DNA of 64,000 nt from Mobula birostris. Its lineage: Eukaryota. The stretch lies in the NCBI RefSeq assembly GCF_030028105.1, contig NC_092384.1, forward strand, positions 3,267,665 through 3,331,664, written 5' to 3'. A program made the position numbers and the translations under genes. The notes under the pieces are model-generated. The model made no database searches. It was not told the origin of the DNA and saw nothing but the letters and a program-made list of their open reading frames with translations. This document shows, piece by piece, positions 1 through 12,530 of this stretch. The stretch's first letter is position 1. Each line of letters opens with the position of its first letter.

Positions 1-511
1 AGTTTGGTCGCCTCACTACAGGAAGGATGTGGAAGCATTGGAAAAGGTACAGAAGACATTTACTAGGATGTTGCCTGGTTTAGAGAGCATGCATTATGAT
101 CAGAGATTAAGGGAGCTAAGGCTTTACTCTCTGGACGGAAGGAAAATGAAAGGAGACATGGTAGAGGTATACAAGATATTCAGAGGAATGGACAGAGTGG
201 ATAGCCAGCGGTTCTTCCCCAGGGCACCACTGCTCAGTGCAAGAGGATATAGCTTTAAGGTAAGGGGTGGGAAATTCAAGGGGGGGGGGTATTAGAGGAA
301 GGTTTTTTTTACTCAGAGAGTGGTTGGTTTTATGGAATGCACTGTCTGTGTCAGTGGTGGAGGCAGATACACTAGTGAAGTTTAAGAGACTACTGGACAG
401 GTATATGGAGGAATTTAAGCTGGGATTTATATGGGAGGCAAGGCTTAAGGGTCGGCACAACATTGTAGGCCGAAGGGCCTGTACTGTGCTGTACTGTTCT
501 ATGTTCTATGT
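1..511 (+). mobile_element. CR1-type LINE 3' end (ORF2 C-terminus, 3'UTR, ttctatg tail)
   Basis: ORF 29..295 (EALEKVQKTFTRMLPGLESMHYDQRLREL...) is CR1 RT C-terminus-like; the same family recurs at 37470-37973. Confidence 0.9.
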
Positions 512-1354
512 CCATCGTCACTGGTTTCAACTTCTGTAAAACTCTTCTGAACAGCACTGCGAAAGTTCCTTCACTAGAAGGACTTCCACCACACAAGGTT
601 TAGCAACAAAATCTGTGGGCCTTGGTAATTCCCAGAAATTATCATTGGGTTATGAATATAATACTCATTCAGGCTTATCACTGATACATGTGAAATATGT
701 TATTTTGCAGCAGCATTGCAGTGCAAGCCATATGAACTTTGCAAAAGTTTACAAAAATAAGTAAAATGGAGCAATAGTCCAACACAAGACAATGTTCATG
801 AATTCATGGACCATTCAGAAATTTGATGGCAGATGGGAGATGGTATTCTTACAACTCTGAATGCGGGTTCTTTAGCTCTAGCACTTCCTCACTGATAGTG
901 GTAAAGTGAAAGGGGCTTGTCTCTGATGGTGAGATTCGTAATGATTGATGCTCCGTTCTTGAGACATTGCCTGTGGAAGAAATCTTCGATGGCCGCGAGA
1001 GGTTTGTAGGGCAAAGATGTGCCCGTGTTTGATACTCACTGATATTCAGTATAAACATTAGGTTTATAAACATTAGGTTTCAGACCTCATTCATGTATTT
1101 ATTCCAACTTGGACAACCTGACTAAAATATATGAAGTATTTGTTAAAATTAAACTGTGTGCAGATGAAAGAGGAGAAAATCCACTTCTGGAAACATATTT
1201 GGCTCGTCTCTGCAGATGCCTTTCATGACAGTTCCTTTATTTTAGCTACGTGTTACTGCGTCACCAACAGTATTACGTGAATCGCAAGATTAAATGGGAA
1301 TTCGCTGATTATGGTATGATTTTAATTCAGTACGCAACTCAACAGAAAATGAAG

Positions 1355-4300
1355 TGTAACGCCCTGGTTAAGAATATGTTTTATTATGTTTCTACTGCTA
1401 TGCAGTGAGGTATTTTTGTATTTTGCAAACGCCATGTATTCTGTTAGTTAAATTTCATAGACTAGTGTTTTGGCCTTGGTTGAGATAAGGAGCCATTTGC
1501 TCAGCTCATGAATGTTCTGTTAGCCAATCGGGTGTTTGATAATGTGCTGTAACATTCTGTCCAGTGGGATGACGTGGAACATTCGAGAGAGTTGGGCGGA
1601 ATCAGGTTTCTGTTAACAGGGGTTGGAAGACGAAGGTGGTTCAGAGTGGAGCAACGGTAGATGCTCGCAGAATCCCACCCGAAAGAGAGACCCCGATGTA
1701 TGAAGGGCTTCGTGCGGATGAATGTTTCCAAGTAGGGAGTGCCCATAGTCCTGAGTAAGCCAGTTCTTTCTAAGTGGTCTTCGAAGGAAGTTCGAACTGT
1801 GGGTGGTGTCTTTCATGCAGAGCGTGTATTCAGCGAGTGACTAATCCAAGCGAAGCAACCGACTAGTTCAGAAATGAGCTCCAACATTTATGTGCACGTT
1901 TAGACTGGTTTAAATGTACTGGGCCCTTTTCCTTTTTCCCTTATTTATTGTTTGGTAAAGCTGAAGTATGTGTATGTATACTTTCAGTTTTAATCTTATA
2001 CTGGTGTAGTGTCCGCTATTTTCTGGCCAATGAAAACTTTGTATGGAACAGCACTTACTCAGCATTTACTACAATTTCAGTTCTCTCAGTTGAATATTCC
2101 AACTTGCCTGTTTGGTTGATCTCGAATCATATTGACTTTTGACATGATTGTTGAAGGTGGCTTTCGCACCATTACCTATGCATTGCTGAGCCATGTTGTT
2201 GTTAGCCAGTGTTAGCTATCGAGCCAAGTTTGTTATGAGCCACGCTGAGAGAGGTATATTTTCATCCAGAGTTAAAATGCTCTATGAAAGCTGTATAAAG
2301 TTTTATTAAGCAGCTTATGTCTCTGCTTAAGGCAGTGATTCGTGGAAAGTGAGGGATATTATTATGGATGCTGCAGAGATTAAGGCCGTGTGTGATACAA
2401 CTACTAGTGACGTAACTGAAGGGGTCGGGGTACCTGGAGAGTCGCAGCTATGGCCAGTTCATATCTCTGGTTTTGGAGAAAACGTAACTGAGGGTGAAGA
2501 TTTTAAAGAAAAGTTGTTCTCTTTTCTGTGGAATTAGGAGAAGACTTTGATGTGAAAGAGTAAAAGATCTGTTGATTTAAGTTCTGAGCTGGTATAGGCT
2601 ACCGCATGATTGGTTGATAAATGCCAAAGTGTACTTGTGGAATGTCCAAAATATCACAGGCTGAGAGTGTTCTCTGGACTCAAAACCACATCCACTGGGA
2701 AAGACAAATATGAGGCTCTGTATGAGCAGACATCGCTGTCGCTGAATTAATGGCAGTGGTCAGATAACAAGAAAGAAACAGAGACTGGTGAATAATTTAA
2801 AGGGTCCAGCGGCTGATATATGAAATTCCTAAAGGCAGAAAATCCGTAAGCCATGCCAGCTAACTGCATGTAAACTCTGGAAAATGCTTTTGGACTGCTG
2901 AAAGTTCAGCTAATCTTATGATGAAGTTTAGGTATACATTCAAGGAGGAAGGAGATAAACTTTCTGCCTAGTTTATCAGGTTGAAGGAACTGCTGGACTG
3001 CTTGTGTCAAAAAAAGGAGCCAGGAGAAAAATGGGGAGAACTTTTTGAAGACCTTATCCATTCACCCGATGCTCAGAGCTGCTTTTGAGAAGGTATAAGT
3101 TCCTCCTAAGCAGGATGTTGAGCATAAATAAGGAAGTGTGTGGTATTCCTAGTTTACACCTGCCATGCTACGCCCTGGAGGAGTCGCTGGAGTGACAGAG
3201 GACAGCCATTTTCGAGAGAGGTCTCTCCAGTTTGCACCAGCAGAGGCTGAAGATATTTGGCAGTACCTGTTTAAACTGAAGGAAGCTTCAGGGGCTAGAA
3301 GGGAGGGAGTCTGAGTCGCCGGGAGCTACGAGTGAAAGACAGGCGGAGGCATCCGCAAGTAAACAGGAATAGTCGCAAGGAGAGCCTAAGGCTGTGGAAG
3401 CTGAAGATGGGATAAGGAAATCTCAAAGGGTCAGAAATCTCCCAGATAGGCTGGCCTGTGATGCACCGGGAGAACCGACTGTTGTGGTTACCCTCTAGGG
3501 AGATATGTTACTTCCATTTACAAATGGGTTGAAGGCTCTGAAGTCACGAAATTTATTTGAATACTGTGTTATTTATAATGAATTGATAAGTTTTGAAGGG
3601 TAACGAAGTCATGAGGACATGACTATTTTTTTGGCGGGGGAAGAATGTAATGCCTGGTTAAGAAGATGTTTTATTGTATTCCTACTGCTATGCTGTGAGG
3701 TATTTTCGCTTTAGTAGTTTTTCTGCAGACGCCATGTGTTTGGTTAGTTAAGCTTCAGCCACTAGTGTTTTGGCTTTGGTCAGGTAAGAAGCATTTGTTT
3801 TGCCGAGGAATATTGTGTAAGCCAAATGAGTTTGTCTGATAATGTGCGGTAGCATTCTCTTCAGTGGGGTGCCATGGGACATTCAGGAGGGCTGGATAAA
3901 TCAGATTTCTGAAGGACAGGAGGCTGGTTTTGGGTCTTTAGTTGGCAGGAGTTAGAAGTGGAACGTAGTTCGGAATGTAGCACAAGGAAGCTGCTCGCAG
4001 AATCCCGCCATTGTAAGAAGTGTTTTGTGCAGATGAATGGTTCCAAGAAGGTAGTGCCAATACTCCTGCGTTAGCCAGTCGGTGCAAAATGGTCTTGGTG
4101 GGAAGTTCGAACTCTGTCTGGTGTCTTTCACACACAATGTGTCACCAGCGAGTGGTTAATGAAAGCGAAGCACCCGACTACTTCCGAAATGAGCTCCAAA
4201 ATGTATGTACACATTTAGACTGGGTTAACTGTAAAGGCCCTTTTCTGTTTTTGCCTTACCAACTGTTTGTAAATATCTGTAAATATACTTCCACTTTAAT

Positions 4301-4568
4301 TTTCTGCTACTGTAATGTCTGTTACTTCCTGGCAAACGATACCTTTGCAGGGGACAGCATTTACACAGTATTCAACACAATTTTCATTCAGTCTTTTGAA
4401 TATTCTATCTTTGCTGCTCGGTTGAACCTGAATCATACCGACCCTAAACGTGTGTTGCTTAGTGAAGGTGGACTTCTCACCGTTACAATGCACAGCTGAG
4501 CCACGTGGGTGTTAGCCAGAGCTAGCTAATGAGCCAGGGTTGCTAGGAGCCACAGTGAGAGGGGTACA
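1355..4568 (+). mobile_element. Internally deleted (non-autonomous) Gypsy/Ty3 LTR retrotransposon
   Basis: Two related ~0.9 kb direct repeats (1355-2258, 3646-4568) start TGTAA and end GGTAYA; 4-bp TSD GAAG at 1351-1354 and 4569-4572; polypurine tract ggcgggggaagaa at 3633-3645; PNMA-like gag remnants inside. Confidence 0.9.
2349..3130 (+). pseudogene. Degenerate gag (PNMA-like) of the Gypsy element
   Basis: MDAAEIKAVC... start, plus fragments resembling LENAFG...KFR.TF.EEGDKLSA*FIRL; multiple stops and frameshifts. Confidence 0.6.
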
Positions 4569-4679
4569 GAAGTTATTCAGGTCACCACAAAGGGATAATA
4601 TGTAGAAGCTGTGTGACAATGAGCATTAACAAACAGACACTGATGATCACTGCCTATGAAAGTATCTACATGAAAAAAA

Positions 4680-4935
4680 TTATTTGATTTGATTTATTTA
4701 TGGAGGTACCGCTTGGAATACGCCCTTCTAGCACTTCGAGCCGCACCGCCCAGCCACCCCTCAGCCTAATCACCGGAAAATTTACAATCACTAATTATCC
4801 TACGTCTTTGTAATGTTGGGTGAAACTGCAGCACCTGGATGGAACCCACGCCGTTATGGGGGAAATGTACAGACTCGTTACAATCACCGCCAGGAATTGA
4901 ACTGCTGTGCTAACCAGTATGGTACCGTGCCGCCC
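4680..4935 (-). mobile_element. tRNA-derived SINE, HE1-like
   Basis: Reverse complement reads gggcggcacggtacc...ctggttagcacagcagttcaattcctggcg...gagtctgtacatttccccc...gcgtgggttccatccaggtgctgcagtttc, typical of elasmobranch HE1-like SINEs (recognised from memory). Confidence 0.6.
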
Positions 4936-5159
4936 CATCTCACATTCAATACTCAATGTCGCCATTACGGGGGCTTATCACACACCAGAAGCTTAAATCG
5001 TTCAGATGTACGAATATTGCAGCTACGAGAAGTAACAAGTACTCAGGCTGTGAGTGTACTGCAGGGTTCCACTCCAACAACTGTGAATTATAGTCAGGTA
5101 CACAACACATCTTCTCCGCTTACCTTAAGTAACAGCAATTCAGCAATGCAGCAAAGACA

Positions 5160-5690
5160 ACCTTTTAATTCCACTTTCTTTTCCCATTCCCATATATCAG
5201 ACCATGGCCCCCTCTACTGCCACGATGAGGCCACACTCAGTTAAAGTAACAACACTTTATTTCCAGCTGGTTAACCTTGAATCTGATGGTATGAACATCG
5301 ATTTCTCAAACTTTGTAATGCTCCCCCCTCCCCACCAAATCTCCATTACGATTTCCCATTCCTAATTCCAATATTCCCTGACCCTGCTTACTTGGACATT
5401 ACCTCGTTCTGGTGCTCTTCCACTCCACTTTCTTTCTTGGACTTTTGCTACGCCATATCAGGTTCCACTTTCTCTAGCCCTTTATCTTTTATGCCTGACT
5501 TCCCAGCTGTTAACTTCCCTTTTCCCCCTGCCCTGTTTCACTTATCACCTTGTATTTCTTCCTCCCCTCCCCCAACTTCTTATTCTGACTTCTCATCTTC
5601 TTTTCTTCAGTCCATGTAAAGGGTCTTGGCCAGAAACGTTGACTGTATACTCATTTCCATAGATGCTGCCTGGCCAGCAATTTGTGTCTG
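5160..5690 (+). mobile_element. Penelope-like element 3' fragment (end of GIY-YIG ORF plus 3' terminus)
   Basis: FNST..SHSH.SDHGPLYCHDEATL...DGMNIDFSNF, followed by aagggtcttggccagaaacgttgac...atagatgctgcctggcc. Confidence 0.7.
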
Positions 5691-5764
5691 TTGTCTGCTA
5701 CAAGATGCATCATTCTTCTAGCAAAATATCTATTCTCTTTCCCATTGGTAATTTAGTTGTTCAC

Positions 5765-5995
5765 ACCATATAAGACCATGGGATATAAGAGCAGAATTAA
5801 GCCATTTGGTCCATCGAGTGTGCTCCGCCATTTCATCATGGCTAATCCGATTTTCCTCTGAGCCTTAATCTGTTGCCTTCTCGTATCCCATCATGCCCTG
5901 ACAAATCAAGAATCTATCACCTTCTTCCTTGAATGTACATAAAGGGTTGGCCCCCACAGCTGCCTGCGGCTAAATTCCTACTCATTCACCACACT
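5765..5995 (-). mobile_element. CR1 3' end fragment
   Basis: ataagaccatgggatataagagcagaattaagccatttgg... is the reverse complement of a CR1 3'UTR/tail. Confidence 0.7.
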
Positions 5996-6339
5996 CTGTC
6001 TAAAGAAAGTTTGCAGAGACTATTAAAGAAATAATGTTAACATATTATAACATGCATAGAGATTATTAACCAAAGACTATGGAATGCGCCTCACAACATC
6101 AACCATATTGTAAAGGACGGACGGACGACATACAGGGACACCTACCACATGGTGTTCCGTCTCCATGTTACGCCATATGCTAGCTTAGAGTTGAGCTCCT
6201 TCTTAGCTGGGTAGAATTGCTTAAATGATTCATGTAGCAGCACTACGGTGAGACATTCAATGGACTTACGTGCATTTCTAAGAAAAAAATAAATAGTCCT
6301 ATCAGCTTGTCCTTAATGGGCAGTAGGGATAGCAGTAAA

Positions 6340-8800
6340 TTAAACAGTTTACTGAATGGGTGACATCGAGGATTGAAGAAGGTAGGGTGAAAAACAGGTG
6401 GTAAACATAGCTTTAGCAAAGCCTTTGACAGAAGGTTAGATCATTTGGAGTCCAGGGTGTGGTAGAAAATTGGGTGCAGAAGTGTCTGGTGGTATGACTG
6501 AATGACTGGCAGATGCTGTCATAAGGCGGTGGCTGGGAACAGACCCAAGTGCAAAACACAGACACTGAAGTACTAAGGACAGGACTAGGATACAGGGTGA
6601 GGGCAAGGACATGACAGGAAAACTGGGAACCTGGCACAGGACTGGACAAGAGAGCTAGGAGCACGGGTTTGGACTCTGAGCCAGAGACTGGACAGGGACC
6701 CAGTACCTTTGTGTTGCCTCTGGCTCGGTCTCCAGAGCTAGGCAAGGACGAGACTTGGCTGGCAGACAGGACGAGGCTGGAGTCTTAGAGACTTGAGGCG
6801 AGTCTTGGCAGGAGGCAGAAGAGTTGAGGCGAGGCTTGGTAGGAAGCAGGAGACTGGAGTGTTCAGGCTTGAGGCTAGAGACTTGAGGCGAGGCTTGGCA
6901 GGAGGCAGAATGCTGGAGTCTTCAGGCTTCAGACTAGGCAGGAGGCTGGAGTCTTCAGGCTTGAGGTTGGAGCCCAGAGGTGAGGCTTCGCAGGAGGCAG
7001 GAGGCTAGAGGCTTGGCTGGAGGCCGCAGGATAGAGGCTCCTCCTGGGCAGGACGTGGTACTCTTGGGCAGGGCGCAGTACTCCTGGGCAGGGCGCCGAT
7101 CACCACCCGACAGAGGAAAGGGACAGGAAGGGACTGAACCAACCGCAGGTAACGGCAAGACGGCCTGGCTTACCACACGGAGGCAGGGGTTTGGAAGGGA
7201 CAGAACCAACCGTAGGTAACGACAATACGGCCTGGCTTACCCAACAGAGGCAACAGACAGGAAGGGACAGAACCAACCAAAGGTAACAACAATACGGCCT
7301 GGCTTACCCATCGGAGGCAAGGGGCAGGGAGGGACAGAACCAACCGTAGGTAACGGCAAAACGGCCTGGCTTACCCGAAGGAAGAAAGGGACAGGAAGGG
7401 ACATAGCCAACCACAGGTGACGGCAAGACGACCTTGCTTAACTGGACGGAGGCAAGGGACAAGAATTGTGCTAGGTACAGGGTGGCTCCAGGACAAGACT
7501 GCAGGCGAGACAAGGCAAGGCTTCAGGCAATGCAAGGCGAGACGAGAACTTCAGGTGAGGCGAGAGTTACCGGCAAGACAAGGCAGGGATTCAGGTGAGG
7601 AAACAGAAGGCAGAGGAAGGGATACAAGCAGTAAGGACAAGAACAATCCAGCAGCCACTCCCTGGTCTCTGGAGGTATTTATGCAGCCAGTCCCAAAAAG
7701 CATCAGCTGCCTCAATTAGCGCTCAACAAGAACAGAAACATGGTAGATAGGAAAACCTGGAGCAAGGGTCGAATGACCTGACTGTGAACCGGAATATGGA
7801 CTTCACGGACCGGACCATGACAGATGCAGGCTGTTTTTCAGATTGGAGGCCAACGACTAGTTGTGCGCCACGGGGAGTTGAGCTGTGTCCATATTTGTTC
7901 GTCATCAACCTTTACAATTTGGTTGAGAATGATGTTAACATCGTTAGTAATTTTGCGGATGACATCAAAATTGATTGCGTAGTGTACAACGAAGAACCAT
8001 ATTGAAGAATACAGCAGCATCTCGAACAAATAGGACTGTAGGCCAAACAAAATCTCAGATGGATCTAAACTCAGAGAGGTTCAAATTAAAAGTTTAACGC
8101 GGGCAGGACGCATGCAGTCATTGCAAGACTCCGGGGAGTGTTAAGAAGCAGAGAGGTATGAGAGTATAACGACATAGCACCTTGAAAATGGAGATACAGC
8201 TTAACAATGTGGCCAAAGAGCCGTTTGTCATGCTTATTTTCATCAGTCAAGACATTGAGTAAAAGAGCTGGGATGTTACGTTGCAACTATAATGGATGTT
8301 GGTAAAACTACGCTTGGAGAATTGCGTGCACTTATTGTCATCAAGTTATTGGAAGGACATCTTTAAGCTTAAGGGGATCCAGAAAAGATGCCCAAGAACG
8401 TTACCAAGGCTGGAGGGCTTAACGTATCAGGAAAGACTGGATAGTTTGAGATTTCCTTTCCAATGGTGCGTGCGGATCTGAGAAGACACAATATAGAGAT
8501 ATGTAAAATCACTAGGGTGATGATAGGTGAATGATCAATCTCTTTCTCAGGTTAGTGAAGTTTAAACTTAGAGCAAATTAGAGGAAGGCATAAAAAAGGT
8601 GACGTGTTGCATGATTTTCAATCAAATAGTGGCAACTATATGCAACGAAATACCAGAGGAAATGATAGAGCAATCGGAACATTTCTCTGGAATTTAGACA
8701 GCTTCGGGGTTTGGAAACGTTTAAAATAGTATGGGTAAATATATGAGAATTGTATTATCTCTGATTGGCCATTTGGAAGGCGTAGACGTTTGGGCCGAAG
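6340..8800 (+). mobile_element. Old degenerate CR1-like LINE RT fragment, split by a solo LTR
   Basis: GCFSDWRPTTS...VSNFADDIKI... resumes exactly after the LTR TSD; its 3' part is paralogous to 32075-32560. Confidence 0.7.
6517..7822 (-). mobile_element. Solo LTR (Gypsy-like) with internal GA-rich tandem repeats
   Basis: TGTCAT...ATGACA inverted ends; 5-bp TSD GATGC (6512-6516, 7823-7827); TATA-like gcataaata on the minus strand. Confidence 0.85.
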
Positions 8801-11800
8801 GAATTGTTCCTCTGTGTAACGCAGCCATTTTATGACTTTATTAGACACACCTTTGGTTCAAAGCACTGAAAACTAAATGAAACATCTATATTTTTTGCCG
8901 CATGTCTATGCTTCCACACCTGATTAACAACTGCATTTCCGGAAAGGATTTGGGCATGCTAAGCTGAATTGTACCATGCATGTAAGTAATGCAGAGATCT
9001 TACCCAGCTCCCTCTGACGAGCCTGCTTTTTTCCACAGAGCAAATTCAGTGTTTTATGTATATCTTTATGCTCATCACAATGTCGCATTTCTTGGTGAAC
9101 AGAACGATCATACTTCAAATACAGCAACACAGTTCACCTATAAAATTTACATTGTAATTCGCTGCATAAGAATTATAATTACCAACCACTTACAGTATTT
9201 CCATTACGTATTAATTTACCCAATGCTCCATGATAAAAAAAGGCGACAATCTACTTTTCACTCGTAAACGGCTATTCAGGAATAAGAGATAAGCAACACA
9301 TTTCATAGTAGCAGTAATCACATCAGAGTTAAGGGAAATGTCTGTCATTCGGGCATGGCTGGGAACGGACCCAACTGCAAGACACAGGCATTGAAGTACT
9401 AGGGACAGGACTAGGATACAGGGCGAAGGCAAAGACATGGACATGAAAACCAGGAACCTGGAACAGGACTGATCAGGAGAGCCTGGCGCCCGGGCTTGGA
9501 CTCCGTGCCAGAGACTGGACAAGGACCCAGTACCTGGGTCTTGCCTATGGCTCGGACCCCAGAATTAGGCAAGGACGAGGCTTGGCAGGCAGGCAGGACG
9601 AGGCTGGAGTCTTTAGGCTAGAAGCTAAAGGCTAGAGACTTGACTTGGCTTGGCAAGTGGCTAGAGGCTAGAAGCTGGAGTCTACAGGCTCGAGGCTAGG
9701 CCAGAGACGTGCGGGGCTTGGCAGGAGGCTGGAGACTTGAGACTAGAGGCGAGGCTGGAGGCTGAAGACTTGAGACTAGAGGCGAGGCTAGTGGCTGGAA
9801 ACTTGAGAGTAGAGGCGAGGCTGGAGGCTGGAGACTTGAGAGTAGAGGCGAGGCTGGAGGCTGGAGACTTGAGGCGAGGCGAGGCTGCAGGTTGGAGAAT
9901 TGAGGTGAGGCGAGGCTGGAGGCAGGGCGCGGATCACCTGGGCAGGGCGCGGTACTCCTGGGCATGTCGCGGATCACCACCCGACAGAGGCATGGGACAG
10001 GAAGGGACAGAACCAACCCCAGGTTACGGTAAGACGGCCTGGCTTACCTGGGTGGAGGCAAGGGACAGGAAAGGAGTTAGAAGCAGGGTGGCTTCAGGAT
10101 CAGACAGCAAGATGAGGCAAGGCTACTGGCAAAGCAAGGCAAGACGAGAACTTCAGGAGAGGCGAGAGTTACTGGCAAGACAAGGCAGGGCTTCAGGCGA
10201 GGAAACAGAAGGCAGAGAAAGAAGAAGAAGGAGTAAGAACAAGAACAATCCAGCAACCACGCCCTGGTCTCTGGTGGTATTGATGCAGCCAGTCCCAACG
10301 AGCATCAGCTGCCTCAATTAGCTCAAAAAGTACAGAAACAGGGTAGATAGGAAAACCTGGAGCAAGGGTCGTGGGACCGGACCGTGAACCGGAATATGGA
10401 CTTCACGGACCGGACTATGACAATGTCAGATATTCGCTGTTGCCGCTAGAAATTAAGTAACCAATTTGCAGATACAATTCATTCAATCTTATCTCTGCTT
10501 GTCCTCACTTTTTCTCCTTTAACCTGATCGTATTTCTATTCCAGGCACCTACAAGCATACCGATTACATTTCACACATTCAAATCCAGGTAAGGAATTTG
10601 CGAAGTTACTTTCATCTATACATTTGTGTTGTACAAGTGTATTAATGTCACAGGAAACGGGTACGCGATAAGTAGTAAACTAAATTGAGGGTTAAAATCT
10701 TCGAAAACATTTCATTCAGACAAACGGGAATTGCTTCGAAGCGGCGGGAGTGCCTCGCAGTTAACGTAACTGTATGTGGAATGAGTCAGCAAAAATAGAA
10801 TGGTGCGATATATCATCGGTGTTGAAGACATCCCGAATCAAATTATATTAGACATATTACTAATGCAGTTTGTGAGTCTCTGCAAGGAGAAGGGCGCTAC
10901 TATCCGGGAAGGAATGTGGTGTTCCGTCCTTCACTGACCAGATCGAGTACGTGTCAAATTTATTAATAAAATAAATCTTTATGACATCGAAAGGTTTTAT
11001 GACTGTAAACACCTGCTTTTATTGCTAAATGTCTAACTCTAAGAGTTTAAAAACGAACTCTTACAGTTTATTACCACTGTATAAAATGAGTTCTTCGAAA
11101 CTAATTTATAGAACTGACAGGTCTCTTACACTTTTTTTCAATTTTCTATATTTAAATTTACCAGGTGACTCAGAGCATCTAGCATCTGGATTTCAGTGCT
11201 CAAACTGAGAGCTTCACAATGTGAGCATGAATATTTTAACGCTCAGATATGGAATCAGTTATCGAAGGAGCTAATTGTGACAGATAACCTTTCTTAAACA
11301 ACATTTTCTCCAGCCTGAAGGAGGTATGTTTCTTATCTTTGATCCTTCACCTGACTCCTCTCTTATTCTTAATTCAGGCTCGTCCTCTTTGCGGGAGATG
11401 TATTCATGTCCTTCTTTATATTCTTCGACTTACGTTTATCTTGTCGTGTTTCATCATATTCTTTCAACCTGCTTTGGCTTTACACCATATCATTAGTCTC
11501 CTCTACTCAATTTCTCTCAGTTGCTCTTTCGATGAACACCAGATATGTGCGTATATTTTCCATTGCAATTCAGATATAAGTTCAGGAAAAAAAATGATAG
11601 GCTCCCTTTATTTCTTCCTGCACAGACCAACACTCGCTTGCACATTATTCTTTACGTTTACCATATTGAGCAGAATTATACACTGGGAAAGCGGGAAACT
11701 GTAAACCTCCCTGTTTCATGCTGTCTAACGCTAATTTGTGTTTAATTATGTACGACAGAGAACAGATCACAGTTACACAAAGCTGAGGTTGCCATACTGA

Positions 11801-12530
11801 TTTTCTTTCACAGTTTATCCGTATTATATATTTGCTTTTATTCTTAATCATGTTCGTCTATAATATGTTCCTACATCACAATGTTTGACGTGTTGCAACA
11901 TGGCAAGAAATCACAATGTATATTGATTTTATTAGAACAGACTCAGGCAAGTACGTTGTTTTGCAGAATTACAGAATGGAAATATGAAGGGAACTTGAGA
12001 TACTGCAAGTCTGCCCCATCAGCGAGCTGTTCGTTCGCCAAGGAGCTGAAGGAGCTGGATTTCGTGCAGACCGCATTGCTGCTTGCTATAGGAAGGCACT
12101 GGGGTCACTGTGTGAAGGCAACGCGCACTCTAACTACGAGTAATTGTGTTGAATGCTTCTCCTCCGATCATAAGACCCTGTTTGACAATAATAATATAAA
12201 ATGCTGCGAAGTCCGCTTCCCTGTTTATTGGATTGACAGAAGCCGGAAGAGTTGAATGGCCTCGGTTATAGCGAGGACAAGGCCTCAAACCACGGCTTGT
12301 CTATTGCAGCAGTCCAGGACACAGATGGCGGAAGCGGTGTAGCGCAGCCTCCATGCTGGGTCGGGGGCTGCTCCTCCCGTTTATGCTCCCCTGCAGTTGA
12401 ATGACAAGGTCGGTTGTGTGCGTACATGCTTGTGCGTGTACGTTTGTCTGTTGAGAAATGCTTGTTCTTGCCGACAGCACACATGCATGATCAGTTTACA
12501 GGGCATGTTACTCAGAGACTTAGGCTATGT
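8319..12530. repeat. Segmental duplication block X, copy 1 (paralogous to ~32075-34820)
   Basis: Colinear match, e.g. 14 differences in ~285 nt over the 12.0 kb / 34.1 kb segment. Confidence 0.9.
9343..10422 (-). mobile_element. Solo LTR, same family as 6517-7822
   Basis: TGTCAT...ATGACA ends; TSD ATGTC (9338-9342, 10423-10427); empty paralogous site at ~33100. Confidence 0.9.

Noticed and set aside
6793-10321. Repetitive ORFs such as RLEARLEAGDL... (9737..10321, 6793..7008, 7417..7719)
   Set aside because: Translations of tandem repeats inside the solo LTRs
10545-10588. Plus-strand 44-nt exon-like segment (ccag|GCACC...CCAG|gtaagg)
   Set aside because: The paralogue at ~33225 has an in-frame TAA and has lost the donor; no partner exons identified
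11881-12255. Cys-rich ORF open in both duplicates (also 34067..34399)
   Set aside because: 12 non-synonymous versus 2 synonymous differences between the copies is a neutral pattern; no recognisable domain; probably part of an interspersed repeat
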